In this document: positions 28,208 to 37,129 of the stretch, piece after piece
Numbering within the stretch: the stretch's first letter is position 1
How the letters are laid out: every line of letters begins with the position of its first letter
Position numbers and translations under genes: made by a program
From: Candidatus Yanofskybacteria bacterium RIFCSPHIGHO2_01_FULL_41_26
Lineage (GTDB): Bacteria > Patescibacteriota > Minisyncoccia > 2-02-FULL-40-12 > GWA2-44-9
Length of the DNA stretch: 64,000 nucleotides
Assembly: GCA_001794055.1 (NCBI GenBank)
Contig: MGJB01000017.1
Location: 21,339 to 85,338 of the forward strand
Reading direction: 5' to 3'
The notes under the pieces: model-generated
Told to the model about the DNA's origin: nothing
The model's database searches: none
What the model saw: the letters and a program-made list of their open reading frames with translations, nothing else

Positions 28208-29389
28208 ATGTTCAAGTTGGTTTACGTAGGTCCCAAAGAATTCAATGTTTTAGTTTACCGGTTGATCACAGTCGGTGTTGTTGTCTTGATTGGATTTAAT
28301 TTAGGATCTTGGTTTTATTTGTATACCGTTTCAATTTTCAATCCCAAAGTTCCACTCAGAAACTTTGCATCAATTCTTAGTACCTCAACCCTAAATGACC
28401 TGGAGCTGGATATAGGCAATAATAACAGAATAACAATAAAGAGCGCTGACCTGAAAGGTTGGGTAGAGCCCTACACAAGAGCCTATTCTGGCAAACAAGA
28501 CTTGCGGGTCTCTTCCAAATTTAATGACTATCTAATACGGTTAGCCACTGCCAATAATATTGAGCCGATTGACGCCAGGTTTGAATTCGGACCCAATAAT
28601 AAAGTAATTGTATTTAGCCAGTCAGTTCAAGGTAAAAAAGTTAACATTGCCAAATCCGCCACAGCCATAATAGATTCCCTTCGTGAAGGTAAAACTTCAG
28701 CCCGATTAACAATAGACATCATAGAACCCGAGATAACACTCGAAAAAGCAAACGACTTTGGCATAAAAACCCTCCTGGCCAAGGGCGAATCAAACTTTCT
28801 TGGTTCAAGTAATGCTAGAATCAATAACATTAAAACTGGTTCTTCTAAGTTCAACGGGTCTATTTTAAAACCAGGAGAGGAGTTCTCTTTTAACAATATT
28901 TTAGGAAATATTGACGAAAAGACAGGATATCAACCCGAACTCGTGATAAAAAATGGACAAACCATACCGGAATATGGAGGCGGTCTTTGCCAACTTTCTA
29001 CAACCATCTTCAGAGCCGCTATATTAGCTGGTTTGCCAATTACAGAGAGGAGGCCCCACTCTTTTCCTGTAAAATACTATAGCCCTCAAGGATTTGACGC
29101 TACTATTTATCCTGGGGTTTCCAACTTAAAATTCACTAATGACACGCCGGGGCACATTTTGTTGCAAACCAGAATAGAAGGCACCCGGTTGATCGTGGAA
29201 CTCTACGGCTCCGATGACGGAAGAAAAGTGACACTAGACGGTCCTCACCAATATGACCAAAAGGCCAACGGAGCGATGAAGGCTTACTTCATCCGAACAA
29301 CATCCTACGCAAACGGTGAGAAGAAAAACGAACGTTTTGATTCTAACTACCAGCCGCCTTTCGCTCAAGCCAGAAATCCATTAGAATAA
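28208..29389 (+). CDS. VanW-family protein
   Basis: 393 aa with N-terminal TM. GGGLCQLSTTIFRAAILAGLPITER matches the VanW signature. Confidence 0.75.
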   Translation: MFKLVYVGPKEFNVLVYRLITVGVVVLIGFNLGSWFYLYTVSIFNPKVPLRNFASILSTSTLNDLELDIGNNNRITIKSADLKGWVEPYTRAYSGKQDLRVSSKFNDYLIRLATANNIEPIDARFEFGPNNKVIVFSQSVQGKKVNIAKSATAIIDSLREGKTSARLTIDIIEPEITLEKANDFGIKTLLAKGESNFLGSSNARINNIKTGSSKFNGSILKPGEEFSFNNILGNIDEKTGYQPELVIKNGQTIPEYGGGLCQLSTTIFRAAILAGLPITERRPHSFPVKYYSPQGFDATIYPGVSNLKFTNDTPGHILLQTRIEGTRLIVELYGSDDGRKVTLDGPHQYDQKANGAMKAYFIRTTSYANGEKKNERFDSNYQPPFAQARNPLE

Positions 29390-29641
29390 TGTGGTGTCTC
29401 TATTGTACCAAGCTCGCACCTATTTCCAAAATCGCTGATGTGCCACGCGCGGAGCGCGTGGTGGCTCTGAATTGAATCTTACGCTCCACGAAAGCCCCGC
29501 CACCGCCTCGCTTCACTCGGCAACCCCAAAAAGAAAAAATGTCCTTTCCATTTTAGAAAAATCCACCCCCGCGAAAATCCGGAAAGGCGGCGGAGCCGCA
29601 CCGCTGACAATTTCAAGTTTTTCTTTGGCGGCAAATTTAAG

Positions 29642-30580
29642 TTAATGCTCTTTCTTTAAAACGGGGAGTGTAATACTAATGGTCGTTCCCTTCCCAACTT
29701 CACTAATTATGTCAACTTTTCCATTTAAAACTTTTTCGAAGTATTCTTTCAGTAAAAATAAACCTTTTCCAGTGCCTTGCGTTTTTGTAGTAAACCCGTC
29801 TTCAAAAATTTTCTGTAAATTTTCTTCTGTAATACCCGCACCAGTGTCAGTAATGGTAATCGCTACATTATCTCCATGCTTTTCCGCACTAATTTTTATT
29901 GTCCCACCGTTGGGCATTGCGTCAATAGCATTTCTTATTAATTCATTAATTGATTCAATTGTTAGTCCTAAAAAATGATCAATTTCAATTTTTTCACTAG
30001 GTCTTTCTACTTCAAGTATTATATTTGGTCTCTGCTCGGAACCATGCTTATACTGATAATTCAAGTCGTTAAAAACTTCAGACAGGTCATCTTCTCTGGG
30101 GGTAAAATTTTCCGGATTTATCTCAATATCAGAGATAGTAAAAGCATTAAAAACAGGAACATTTTCTATGGCTTGCTCGTTTTCCTGAAGATCTAAATAA
30201 TCCTTTAGCTTATCAGCGTATTCCTCAAATCGTGAAGAAATTAAACCCTTAATGTCATGTACGTAAGTACCCACTAGAGAGTTTAACAAAAAATCACCTT
30301 CTGTAAAAAAATTATCTTGCATCCTATGAACAATACCAATAAGTTCGACAATTATAGAATCCTGTATTTTTTTGAAAGCATCCAAATCTTCTCGAGTTAT
30401 TTTTTGTCCTCCGTGAATCTTGGTAGTAAGTTCATCACAAAAAAATTTCGCTCGGGCTTGCTTTTCTGCAAATTGAGGTATAATTTGCGATCTCAAAAAT
30501 TCGTTTATCTTCGAACAAACTTCTATAATTGGTCTTGGTATGCCATCTTGCTTTGGAGTAAATTTTCTTTCGTTTTCCAT
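29642..30580 (-). CDS. cytoplasmic sensor histidine kinase (orphan)
   Basis: 312 aa. H-box GTYVHDIKGLIS. N (NELIRNAIDA), G1 (DTGAGI) and G2 (GTGKGL) boxes of HATPase_c. No TM. Confidence 0.7.
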   Translation of the reverse strand: MENERKFTPKQDGIPRPIIEVCSKINEFLRSQIIPQFAEKQARAKFFCDELTTKIHGGQKITREDLDAFKKIQDSIIVELIGIVHRMQDNFFTEGDFLLNSLVGTYVHDIKGLISSRFEEYADKLKDYLDLQENEQAIENVPVFNAFTISDIEINPENFTPREDDLSEVFNDLNYQYKHGSEQRPNIILEVERPSEKIEIDHFLGLTIESINELIRNAIDAMPNGGTIKISAEKHGDNVAITITDTGAGITEENLQKIFEDGFTTKTQGTGKGLFLLKEYFEKVLNGKVDIISEVGKGTTISITLPVLKKEH

Positions 30581-30616
30581 AAAAATTTTTCTTCCCCCAA
30601 AATTAAAATATGGTTC

Positions 30617-30691
30617 TGGTGCGCGCTGTAGGGATTGAGCCTACGACCTTCTCGACGTCAACGAGACGCTCTACCACTGAGCTAAGCGCGC
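30617..30691 (-). tRNA. tRNA-Val (anticodon GAC)
   Basis: Manual fold: acceptor GCGCGCT/AGCGCGC, anticodon loop TTGACGT, CCA encoded. Confidence 0.8.
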
Positions 30692-30702
30692 AATTTCCTC
30701 AA

Positions 30703-30789
30703 TGGTGCGCGGGAGAGGATTTGAACCTCCACGCCCTTGCGGGCACCACCACCTCAAGGTGGCGAGTCTGCCAGTTTCTCCACCCGCGC
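30703..30789 (-). tRNA. tRNA-Leu (anticodon GAG), type II
   Basis: 87 nt. Long variable arm, anticodon loop TTGAGGT, T-loop TTCAAAT, CCA encoded. Confidence 0.8.
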
Positions 30790-30792
30790 ATC

Positions 30793-31179
30793 CTACTCAG
30801 TTTTTTCTAATTTTTCCGTTTGAACCGAGGTGTCTATCTTCGTTTTTCTTCGGATTTCCTTGGCTGTTTTGTCGCGGAGATAATAAAGCTTTGACCGGCG
30901 GACTTTTGATTTTCTGATCACTTCAACCTTGGCTATCGTAGGTAGAAAGACGGGGAAGGTTTTTTCTACGCCGATACCACCGGAGACCTTTCTTACCGTA
31001 ACTGTTCCACCGGCCTGGGCGCCGTGTTTGCGAGCGATTATGATTCCCTCAAAAGCTTGGGTCCGTGTTTTTTCACTCTCTTTGATTTTCTGATAAACTT
31101 TAACAGTCCAACCAGATTTTAGGCCTTCAAATTTATTTTGTCTCAAGTTTTTTGACTGAAATAGTTGAATTTTGTCCAT
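30793..31179 (-). CDS. rplS: 50S ribosomal protein L19
   Basis: 128 aa with typical L19 sequence (VKVYQKIKE...RKHG...VRK). Confidence 0.9.
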   Translation of the reverse strand: MDKIQLFQSKNLRQNKFEGLKSGWTVKVYQKIKESEKTRTQAFEGIIIARKHGAQAGGTVTVRKVSGGIGVEKTFPVFLPTIAKVEVIRKSKVRRSKLYYLRDKTAKEIRRKTKIDTSVQTEKLEKTE

Positions 31180-31204
31180 TTCTGGCTAATTAAATTTAAC
31201 TACT

Positions 31205-31900
31205 CTATTGTAGCTGATTTATGAAATTTTGCAACTCATTGGGTAGGTCAATCTCTATTGTCAACGCTTTACCATCTGGAGAAGTGAATTGTAATTTGTA
31301 GGCGTGAAGAAACAATCTTTCTGGCTGATTTGGGCCATTAGACTTTTGACGGCCATATAAAGAATCTCCGGCAACCGGGGTTCCGATGGACTTTAAATGG
31401 ACCCGGATTTGATGGGTCCGGCCCGTATGAGGGGAAACTTCAAGAAGAGTAAAATCTTTAAAATTCTTTACAGTACTATATTCCGTAACCGCTGTTTTTT
31501 CGTCTTTAAGTTTTTTCTTGCCATGAAGTTGAGTGGTTCGTTTCATGCCTATTCTGCCCAAGGGAGCATCAATGACTCCTTTGGGTTCTTTGGGTTTTTC
31601 GTGAACCAAAGCCAAGTAATATTTCTTTATTTTTTTATCTTGAAATAAGTTTTTTAAACAAAGAAATGAGTCTTGATTTTTTGCTATGACCAAAAGGCCG
31701 GAAGTATCTTTGTCTAAACGATGAACCAGTCCCGGTCTCAATGGATCGTCTCCGACGGTTTTTATTTCGGGATATTTTTTAACCAGCCAGCCAGTAACAC
31801 TTTCTTGTTTGTCGTTAGTATCTTTTGGATGAGTGATAAGTCCGGAGGGCTTGTTTATGACGAGGAGATTATCATCTTCATAGATAATACGTAGATTCAT
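31205..31900 (-). CDS. rluA: RluA-family pseudouridine synthase
   Basis: 231 aa. HRLDKDTSGLLVIAKN catalytic Asp motif. Confidence 0.85.
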   Translation of the reverse strand: MNLRIIYEDDNLLVINKPSGLITHPKDTNDKQESVTGWLVKKYPEIKTVGDDPLRPGLVHRLDKDTSGLLVIAKNQDSFLCLKNLFQDKKIKKYYLALVHEKPKEPKGVIDAPLGRIGMKRTTQLHGKKKLKDEKTAVTEYSTVKNFKDFTLLEVSPHTGRTHQIRVHLKSIGTPVAGDSLYGRQKSNGPNQPERLFLHAYKLQFTSPDGKALTIEIDLPNELQNFINQLQ

Positions 31901-32148
31901 TTTTTAAGTTTTTGTTCGAGATTGTTTGTGAGGTTGCGAAGCTGTTCCACGACTCTCTTTTTGTCTGTTGAGTCCTGAAATAATTTTTGAATTAAACCCG
32001 AAATTGTTTCCATAAGTTCTTCTGATTCTGTATCTGGAAACACAAAGGGTTCTTTCTTTTTTGCTTGTTCAAAATCAACAACATCCGCTGGTTTTTCAGG
32101 TTTTGTTACTCTTTTTATTGATGGTCTAAATTCTTTTATTTCAGCCAT
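31897..32148 (-). CDS. hypothetical protein
   Basis: 83 aa charged ORF overlapping rluA start by 4 nt. Confidence 0.35.
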   Translation of the reverse strand: MAEIKEFRPSIKRVTKPEKPADVVDFEQAKKKEPFVFPDTESEELMETISGLIQKLFQDSTDKKRVVEQLRNLTNNLEQKLKK

Positions 32149-32177
32149 GATTTTTTAAATTTATTTTATTTTTTTAT

Positions 32178-32264
32178 TGGTGCCGAGGGTGGGATTTGAA
32201 CCCACACGGGATTACTCCCAACGGCTTCTAAGGCCGTAATGTCTGCCAGTTCCATCACCTCGGC
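32178..32264 (-). tRNA. tRNA-Leu (anticodon TAG), type II
   Basis: 87 nt. Anticodon loop CTTAGAA, long variable arm, CCA encoded. Confidence 0.8.
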
Positions 32265-32270
32265 ATTTTA

Positions 32271-32942
32271 TCATATAAATTGTCTGGCTATTTGGTACTT
32301 TCTATCTAAGTAAAATTCGGAGTTGTTGTAAATCAATTTAAAAAGCTTAATCGAATCATCTTTTGCAAAAACAAGTTTACAAACCCGACACTTTCCCATT
32401 TCCTCAATCCATCCCCCTTTTAAATCAGAATTCGCGCTAATACTGTCTTTTATCCATTCAAGAAATTTGGGACTTGCTGAATATAATCTTACTCTTAATT
32501 GAGGTTGAGCACTTTCTGGGTGTTTAAAAATACCAATACTACCGTCTCCATCTATACAACCTCTTAAAAAGTGCCAAAAATATTGTTGTGGGATAGATAG
32601 TTTATCCAAGGTTTTTGATTTTCTTGGACTTAAACCTATAGATAACAAGAACTCATAAAAATTTACATCTCCCAATTGAATCCTGAAACACTTTGTTTTT
32701 TGATATTTATCATTACCCCTATATTTTACTCCTATCTTATTTTTAGATCCTAAGCATTCTCTAAATTTCAAAACAAGCTCCTTATCCTTAGAAGTAAAAT
32801 CGATGTGTCTACCATCATTACACAAACAACCATCTGTAGTAATTAAGCCCATTACATATGCAAATTTAGGACTCCACTCAACCTTTATTTTAGACAATCT
32901 ATTCACCATATCTATTATACTAAACCCAATATCGTCTGCCAA
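32271..32942 (-). CDS. double-motif LAGLIDADG homing endonuclease
   Basis: 223 aa. YVMGLITTDGCL and FLRGCIDGDGSIG match the two LAGLIDADG motifs. Ends 6 nt from tRNA-Leu. Confidence 0.65.
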   Translation of the reverse strand: MADDIGFSIIDMVNRLSKIKVEWSPKFAYVMGLITTDGCLCNDGRHIDFTSKDKELVLKFRECLGSKNKIGVKYRGNDKYQKTKCFRIQLGDVNFYEFLLSIGLSPRKSKTLDKLSIPQQYFWHFLRGCIDGDGSIGIFKHPESAQPQLRVRLYSASPKFLEWIKDSISANSDLKGGWIEEMGKCRVCKLVFAKDDSIKLFKLIYNNSEFYLDRKYQIARQFI

Positions 32943-33015
32943 TACCCTTTTCTTCGTCCAACGAAAAACCGACCCAAATGGGTCGGTTTTTCAGACATGT
33001 CTAATTGGTTAATTT

Positions 33016-33402
33016 CTACACATTAAAGAATGACCTTGCGATCAGACCGGCAACGGTCTGTAAAATAACACCGACTGCCAAAACCACCGCAGCTCCGATA
33101 ATTCCGTTCTTTATTCTATCTTTTGCAGCTGTTGATTTTGTTTCATCACCACCGGCAAACATATAGGCGATACCACCCCAAATAATAAATATAACTGCCA
33201 AGATAACACCAACAATAATCAGGAATCTTGCAATTTGCTCTATTCTGTCTTGTATTTCTTGCAAAGTGATGGCACTTCCCGTCACAGGCAGCGTTGGATT
33301 AGGCAGTGCGGCCAAAACCAAAACAGGCACCAATAAAACCAGCGCGGTCATGGAAATATATCCTATCTTTTGTACTTTGTTCATTAATCCACCTCCCTTC
33401 AA
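33016..33402 (-). CDS. VirB2/TrbC-like pilin 1
   Basis: 128 aa. Signal peptide plus two hydrophobic helices split by a short polar loop (GIAYMFAGGDETKSTAAKDRIKNGIIGAAVVLAVG). Confidence 0.55.
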   Translation of the reverse strand: MKGGGLMNKVQKIGYISMTALVLLVPVLVLAALPNPTLPVTGSAITLQEIQDRIEQIARFLIIVGVILAVIFIIWGGIAYMFAGGDETKSTAAKDRIKNGIIGAAVVLAVGVILQTVAGLIARSFFNV

Positions 33403-33464
33403 ATTCTTAAAACTTGAAACTTGAAACCGTTAAGCCCCAGGTTTCATGACTCAAGATTCAAGAT

Positions 33465-33851
33465 TTAATTAATAATACAGATCCCCAGAACCTGGAATCT
33501 GCAGAAAAATCCTCTGGTCACGATTCCGGCCACTGTATTAATAATCACTCCAACCCCCAGAACTATCGCCGCTCCGATTGTGGCATTTTTCAATCTTGTC
33601 TGCGCTTCAGAAACCTTGGTAGCATCAGACCCAGCATACATATAAGTAATACCGCTCCAAACGATCATTATTACCGCAATTAAAACACTTGCCACCAGCA
33701 TAAACTGGGCAATTTGACCAATAAGACTATCGACTTCGGGTAGTGTTATCGGCTGTCCAGGAGGCAAGTCTGCTATCTGGCTAGCCCAACCCGTGTGAGC
33801 TATAGCTAAAAACAGAAGCATCACAAATAAAATTCTTGAAACAATTTTCAT
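33465..33851 (-). CDS. VirB2/TrbC-like pilin 2 (paralog; start trimmed to internal Met)
   Basis: Same architecture (GITYMYAGSDATKVSEAQTRLKNATIGAAIVLGVG). ORF-track upstream extension is probably not translated. Confidence 0.55.
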   Translation of the reverse strand: MKIVSRILFVMLLFLAIAHTGWASQIADLPPGQPITLPEVDSLIGQIAQFMLVASVLIAVIMIVWSGITYMYAGSDATKVSEAQTRLKNATIGAAIVLGVGVIINTVAGIVTRGFFCRFQVLGICIIN

Positions 33852-33859
33852 GTTATAAA

Positions 33860-34201
33860 CTAGCTGCAACGCAACGGGATAATTAGCGTGTAATCGGCTC
33901 CCAAAGCATTGGCGACTGTTGCAATAATAGTATAAGTGCCAAGAATTACTAAAATTCCGACCAGTCCCCATGTAAATGACTTCTTGGCTTCAGTGAACTT
34001 GGTTTCGTTTCCTTGGGCCATCATGAATTTAATTCCGTAAATTATTATATAGACAACAATAAGGATAAGTGCAAATCTTGTAAACCAGCAAGCCAATCCA
34101 GTAATTATACCGAAAACACTCTGGATGGTTAAATCAATCCCTTGATATTCACCGGTTGCTAAGAAAATTGTGATTCCGAAATTTTTTAGTTGGTTTTTCA
34201 T
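33860..34201 (-). CDS. VirB2/TrbC-like pilin 3 (start trimmed)
   Basis: 113 aa from MKNQLKNFG. IKFMMAQGNETKFTEAKKSFTWGLVGILVILG hairpin. Start abuts the upstream stop. Confidence 0.5.
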   Translation of the reverse strand: MKNQLKNFGITIFLATGEYQGIDLTIQSVFGIITGLACWFTRFALILIVVYIIIYGIKFMMAQGNETKFTEAKKSFTWGLVGILVILGTYTIIATVANALGADYTLIIPLRCS

Positions 34202-34203
34202 GT

Positions 34204-35568
34204 TTATTGCGGACGGAAACAACTTCCAAGTTTTTGTCCGTCTATTACCTGCTCGGCAGTCAAATCGCAGGCTAAGCCCGAGGAGCAGTTTACTCCTCCA
34301 ACACAGGCTTCTCCAACAAGGTTTCCTGTTGCTCTTTGACAAATAGAGTTCTTGCATTTCAGGCCTGAAAAACAATTCCTGTCATTGCTACATTTGTTTC
34401 CCACTGCTCCAGTAACCATAGCTCCTCCGGTAGTGCTTCCTGCCGGAAGAGTCGATCGCGAGTTTGCAGAAGGAGCACCCAATTCAAGTACGCTCTGTAT
34501 CAAAGTAACAAATCCGCTTCCGATAAGTATGATGACTAAGCCTACTACTGCCCATTTTAACACATCTCTTGCCTTTGTTATTTTCGCAGGTTCACCGGCA
34601 GCAGTCAAAAACAAAATCCCCGAATACACTATCATAGCAACTGCAATCGGTATTGCCAGATTGAATATCCATTGGGCAAGAATTTTCACCAGGCCCGATA
34701 AATCTTTAACCCCGCCCTTTAGCGGATTCGGAATTTCAAAAGAATATGTTTGTTCTTGGCCTGATTCGCAAGCAGGTTGACCTGAAGTGCCGCAGGTTGT
34801 TCCTCCATCACCGGATTGACAAACGCCTCTGCTGTCGCAAGATATGAGTTGAGATTTGGCCACGTCTGTGCCTTTACATATGATCGTGCCCTGATATGTT
34901 TTGCCGTTCGTCTGGCCGGGTTCATCAAAATCAAATTTATAGTTTGTCTTATCCAACGCGAATTGTCCGTTTCTTACCAGTTTGATCGGATTTATCTCTA
35001 TGGCTCTCCAGAAAGGGTCGGCTCCGCAAAAACTCTTCAACTCACCCGGCCTGGGAATATTTACCAAAAAAGTAAATCTAATAGTGCTCGCATTCAGTTG
35101 CGTCACATTGAAACTCGTAATTGTCGTTCCACCGTTGCTAGATTGAGCTGGATAAAGAAAGATTGGATTTGATTTTATATAACCACTTTGATTTTGAGGG
35201 AGGGCGGTAAAATAAATAGTTCCGGGGTTTTCGCTTCCACCCCTCTCCCAATCCTGAACAGTAAATACGTAATCATAATTAACGGTGCCGGAGGTGCCGG
35301 AAAACCTTTTTACCAAAGGGCCGACTATGCTATCATCGCCAAACACATCACTTTCAAAAATTTGAAGTCCGATGTTTTGATTAGAACAATCGGTCGGATT
35401 TTGGACAGAAATAGTCATTTGAATACTCTCACCCACCTTTACCGTGTTTTTGCTCCACCTTGCACTGGAAACGGTACAAGCAGCCGCTTCGGCTTTTTGA
35501 ACAACCAAAATAGAACCTGTCAAAAATAAAATTGAAAAAAATAATATTTTAATTCTCATAAATTTCAT
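34204..35568 (-). CDS. secreted protein with C-terminal pilin-like TM hairpin and Cys-rich tail
   Basis: About 454 aa. Signal peptide and large extracellular region. VirB2-like hairpin (IAVAMIVYSGILFLTAAGEPAKITKARDVLKWAVVGLVIILIG). Cys-rich C-terminus. ATGA overlap with the upstream gene supports start at 35568. Confidence 0.5.
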   Translation of the reverse strand: MKFMRIKILFFSILFLTGSILVVQKAEAAACTVSSARWSKNTVKVGESIQMTISVQNPTDCSNQNIGLQIFESDVFGDDSIVGPLVKRFSGTSGTVNYDYVFTVQDWERGGSENPGTIYFTALPQNQSGYIKSNPIFLYPAQSSNGGTTITSFNVTQLNASTIRFTFLVNIPRPGELKSFCGADPFWRAIEINPIKLVRNGQFALDKTNYKFDFDEPGQTNGKTYQGTIICKGTDVAKSQLISCDSRGVCQSGDGGTTCGTSGQPACESGQEQTYSFEIPNPLKGGVKDLSGLVKILAQWIFNLAIPIAVAMIVYSGILFLTAAGEPAKITKARDVLKWAVVGLVIILIGSGFVTLIQSVLELGAPSANSRSTLPAGSTTGGAMVTGAVGNKCSNDRNCFSGLKCKNSICQRATGNLVGEACVGGVNCSSGLACDLTAEQVIDGQKLGSCFRPQ

Positions 35569-36212
35569 TGGGTAGATGGATTTCCTTTCCACCTCCGCCA
35601 GATAGCGGATCCACCGTACCAGCCGCCGCTCACAAGTCCAATTCCTATTATAAAGTAAATTATAATTTTTTTCATCCCCCCCAAATCTCCTGCGGACGGT
35701 TCAGTCGATATGACCGGAACAGAAGTTGTCGTTTTGCAATCTGACGGGCAAGTTTTGATGTCTTCTCCAACATTGGAATTGCAAACACCATCATCATTGC
35801 AGAAAGAACTCTCGCTAACAAAAATAGATAGAAGTTGTTTCCCCTGTCCATCATAAAAATTAACTTTTTGGCCGTCTGGGGCATAAGGCGCTTTTACCGA
35901 AAGCGTTCCTTTCAAAAATTGAGGATTGCCTTGACGAGGATCAAAAACAAAGTTATCAGCAATTTGGTTGTTAAATGTTATTATTTCACCCTTAAAGGGG
36001 AACTGGGTATTCACGACCTCGGGAACAAATCTCTCTGAAACGACATCGTACTTAAATTCAGAATCTCGATCAGCAAAAAGCTGTCCATTGTCATAATAGA
36101 GCCGAAAAACATAACTCATCTCATAAGTCGGCGTGTCCAGAACAAATTCTGACGCCAAGACGGGACTGATCATAAAGAAAAGCGTCCCAAAAATGATAAA
36201 TAATATCTTCAT
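35565..36212 (-). CDS. secreted protein with C-terminal TM anchor
   Basis: 215 aa with signal peptide and C-terminal hydrophobic helix (IIIYFIIGIGLVSGGWYGG). Confidence 0.4.
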   Translation of the reverse strand: MKILFIIFGTLFFMISPVLASEFVLDTPTYEMSYVFRLYYDNGQLFADRDSEFKYDVVSERFVPEVVNTQFPFKGEIITFNNQIADNFVFDPRQGNPQFLKGTLSVKAPYAPDGQKVNFYDGQGKQLLSIFVSESSFCNDDGVCNSNVGEDIKTCPSDCKTTTSVPVISTEPSAGDLGGMKKIIIYFIIGIGLVSGGWYGGSAIWRRWKGNPSTQ

Positions 36213-37109
36213 TTAAAAATTAACATGAATATTTCCTCCGGTAGCATTATTTGGCTTACAAGCGGCTACATACTCATCTAGAAAAGAGACAACGGCACCG
36301 GAACTTCTTGCTGCTTGATAGAAATACTGGGAACAGCTGTTATGATCCGGCAGAAGATTAAAATCAGCGCACGTCCCACTTTTGCTGGTGCCGGGCTTGT
36401 GGCACTGCGAAATGCTAGGGCCACTACCCCCTTGAATTGTTGAGGACAGCCTTAAGGTGCATTTTCCACCACTCAAGCTGTTGAAGGATGCTATAAATTT
36501 TTTGGCTTGTTCCGATGCCTCTTGAGAAAGCAGGCATACTCCGTCATGGCTTTCACAGCCATGGGTCGGTGTTATGTTGGAAGCATCAACACAGGCCGTG
36601 CCAGAACATCCACTCGAAGAAACTAGACTAAAACTTTGATTACAGGCACCGGAAGGAAGCGGTCCTTCTGAAGGCTGAGGAACCGGAGGTTGAGACACGG
36701 TTGTAACTCTACACTCAAATTTCCACCATTCGGGAGCGATATTATCTTCAGCTATGCTTCTTATTATAGTATTTGTAATTAGCCATGAAGCCAAAATAAT
36801 GGCAACCCCAATAGCGGTATTCCAAAAAATGCTCCTGCCTTTGGAAATTAAACCGGGATTAGCTCCGCCCATCAAAATTAAAAATCCTCCCCAGACAAAA
36901 AGTATCGCCGCCACAGGAGGCATTAAGCCGATCAAAACAAAATCGATTACATTTTTAAGAAGACGAAATAGATCGCATTGATTACAAGGGGTCGGATTAA
37001 CAGAAGTTCCGCATGGTACAAGAGGCCACCAACTGACAGCGTAAGTAAAAATAGGGAAAAACATAAAAACAAGCACTGTCAGAACTATTATTTTTTTGCC
37101 TATTTTCAT
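36213..37109 (-). CDS. N-terminal pilin-like domain fused to Cys-rich extracellular domain
   Basis: 298 aa. ILFVWGGFLILMGGANPGLISKGRSIFWNTAIGVAIILASWLI hairpin, then about 180 aa with more than 14 Cys. Confidence 0.5.
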   Translation of the reverse strand: MKIGKKIIVLTVLVFMFFPIFTYAVSWWPLVPCGTSVNPTPCNQCDLFRLLKNVIDFVLIGLMPPVAAILFVWGGFLILMGGANPGLISKGRSIFWNTAIGVAIILASWLITNTIIRSIAEDNIAPEWWKFECRVTTVSQPPVPQPSEGPLPSGACNQSFSLVSSSGCSGTACVDASNITPTHGCESHDGVCLLSQEASEQAKKFIASFNSLSGGKCTLRLSSTIQGGSGPSISQCHKPGTSKSGTCADFNLLPDHNSCSQYFYQAARSSGAVVSFLDEYVAACKPNNATGGNIHVNF

Positions 37110-37129
37110 GTTTAGTTGTTGAATTTTAA

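Noticed and set aside
33860-34375. Long upstream extensions of pilin ORFs (33465..33971 and 33860..34375 as in the ORF track)
   Set aside because: The extensions overlap neighbouring genes and have non-protein-like composition. Internal Met starts at 33851 and 34201 give 113-129 aa pilins and abut the upstream stop codons exactly.
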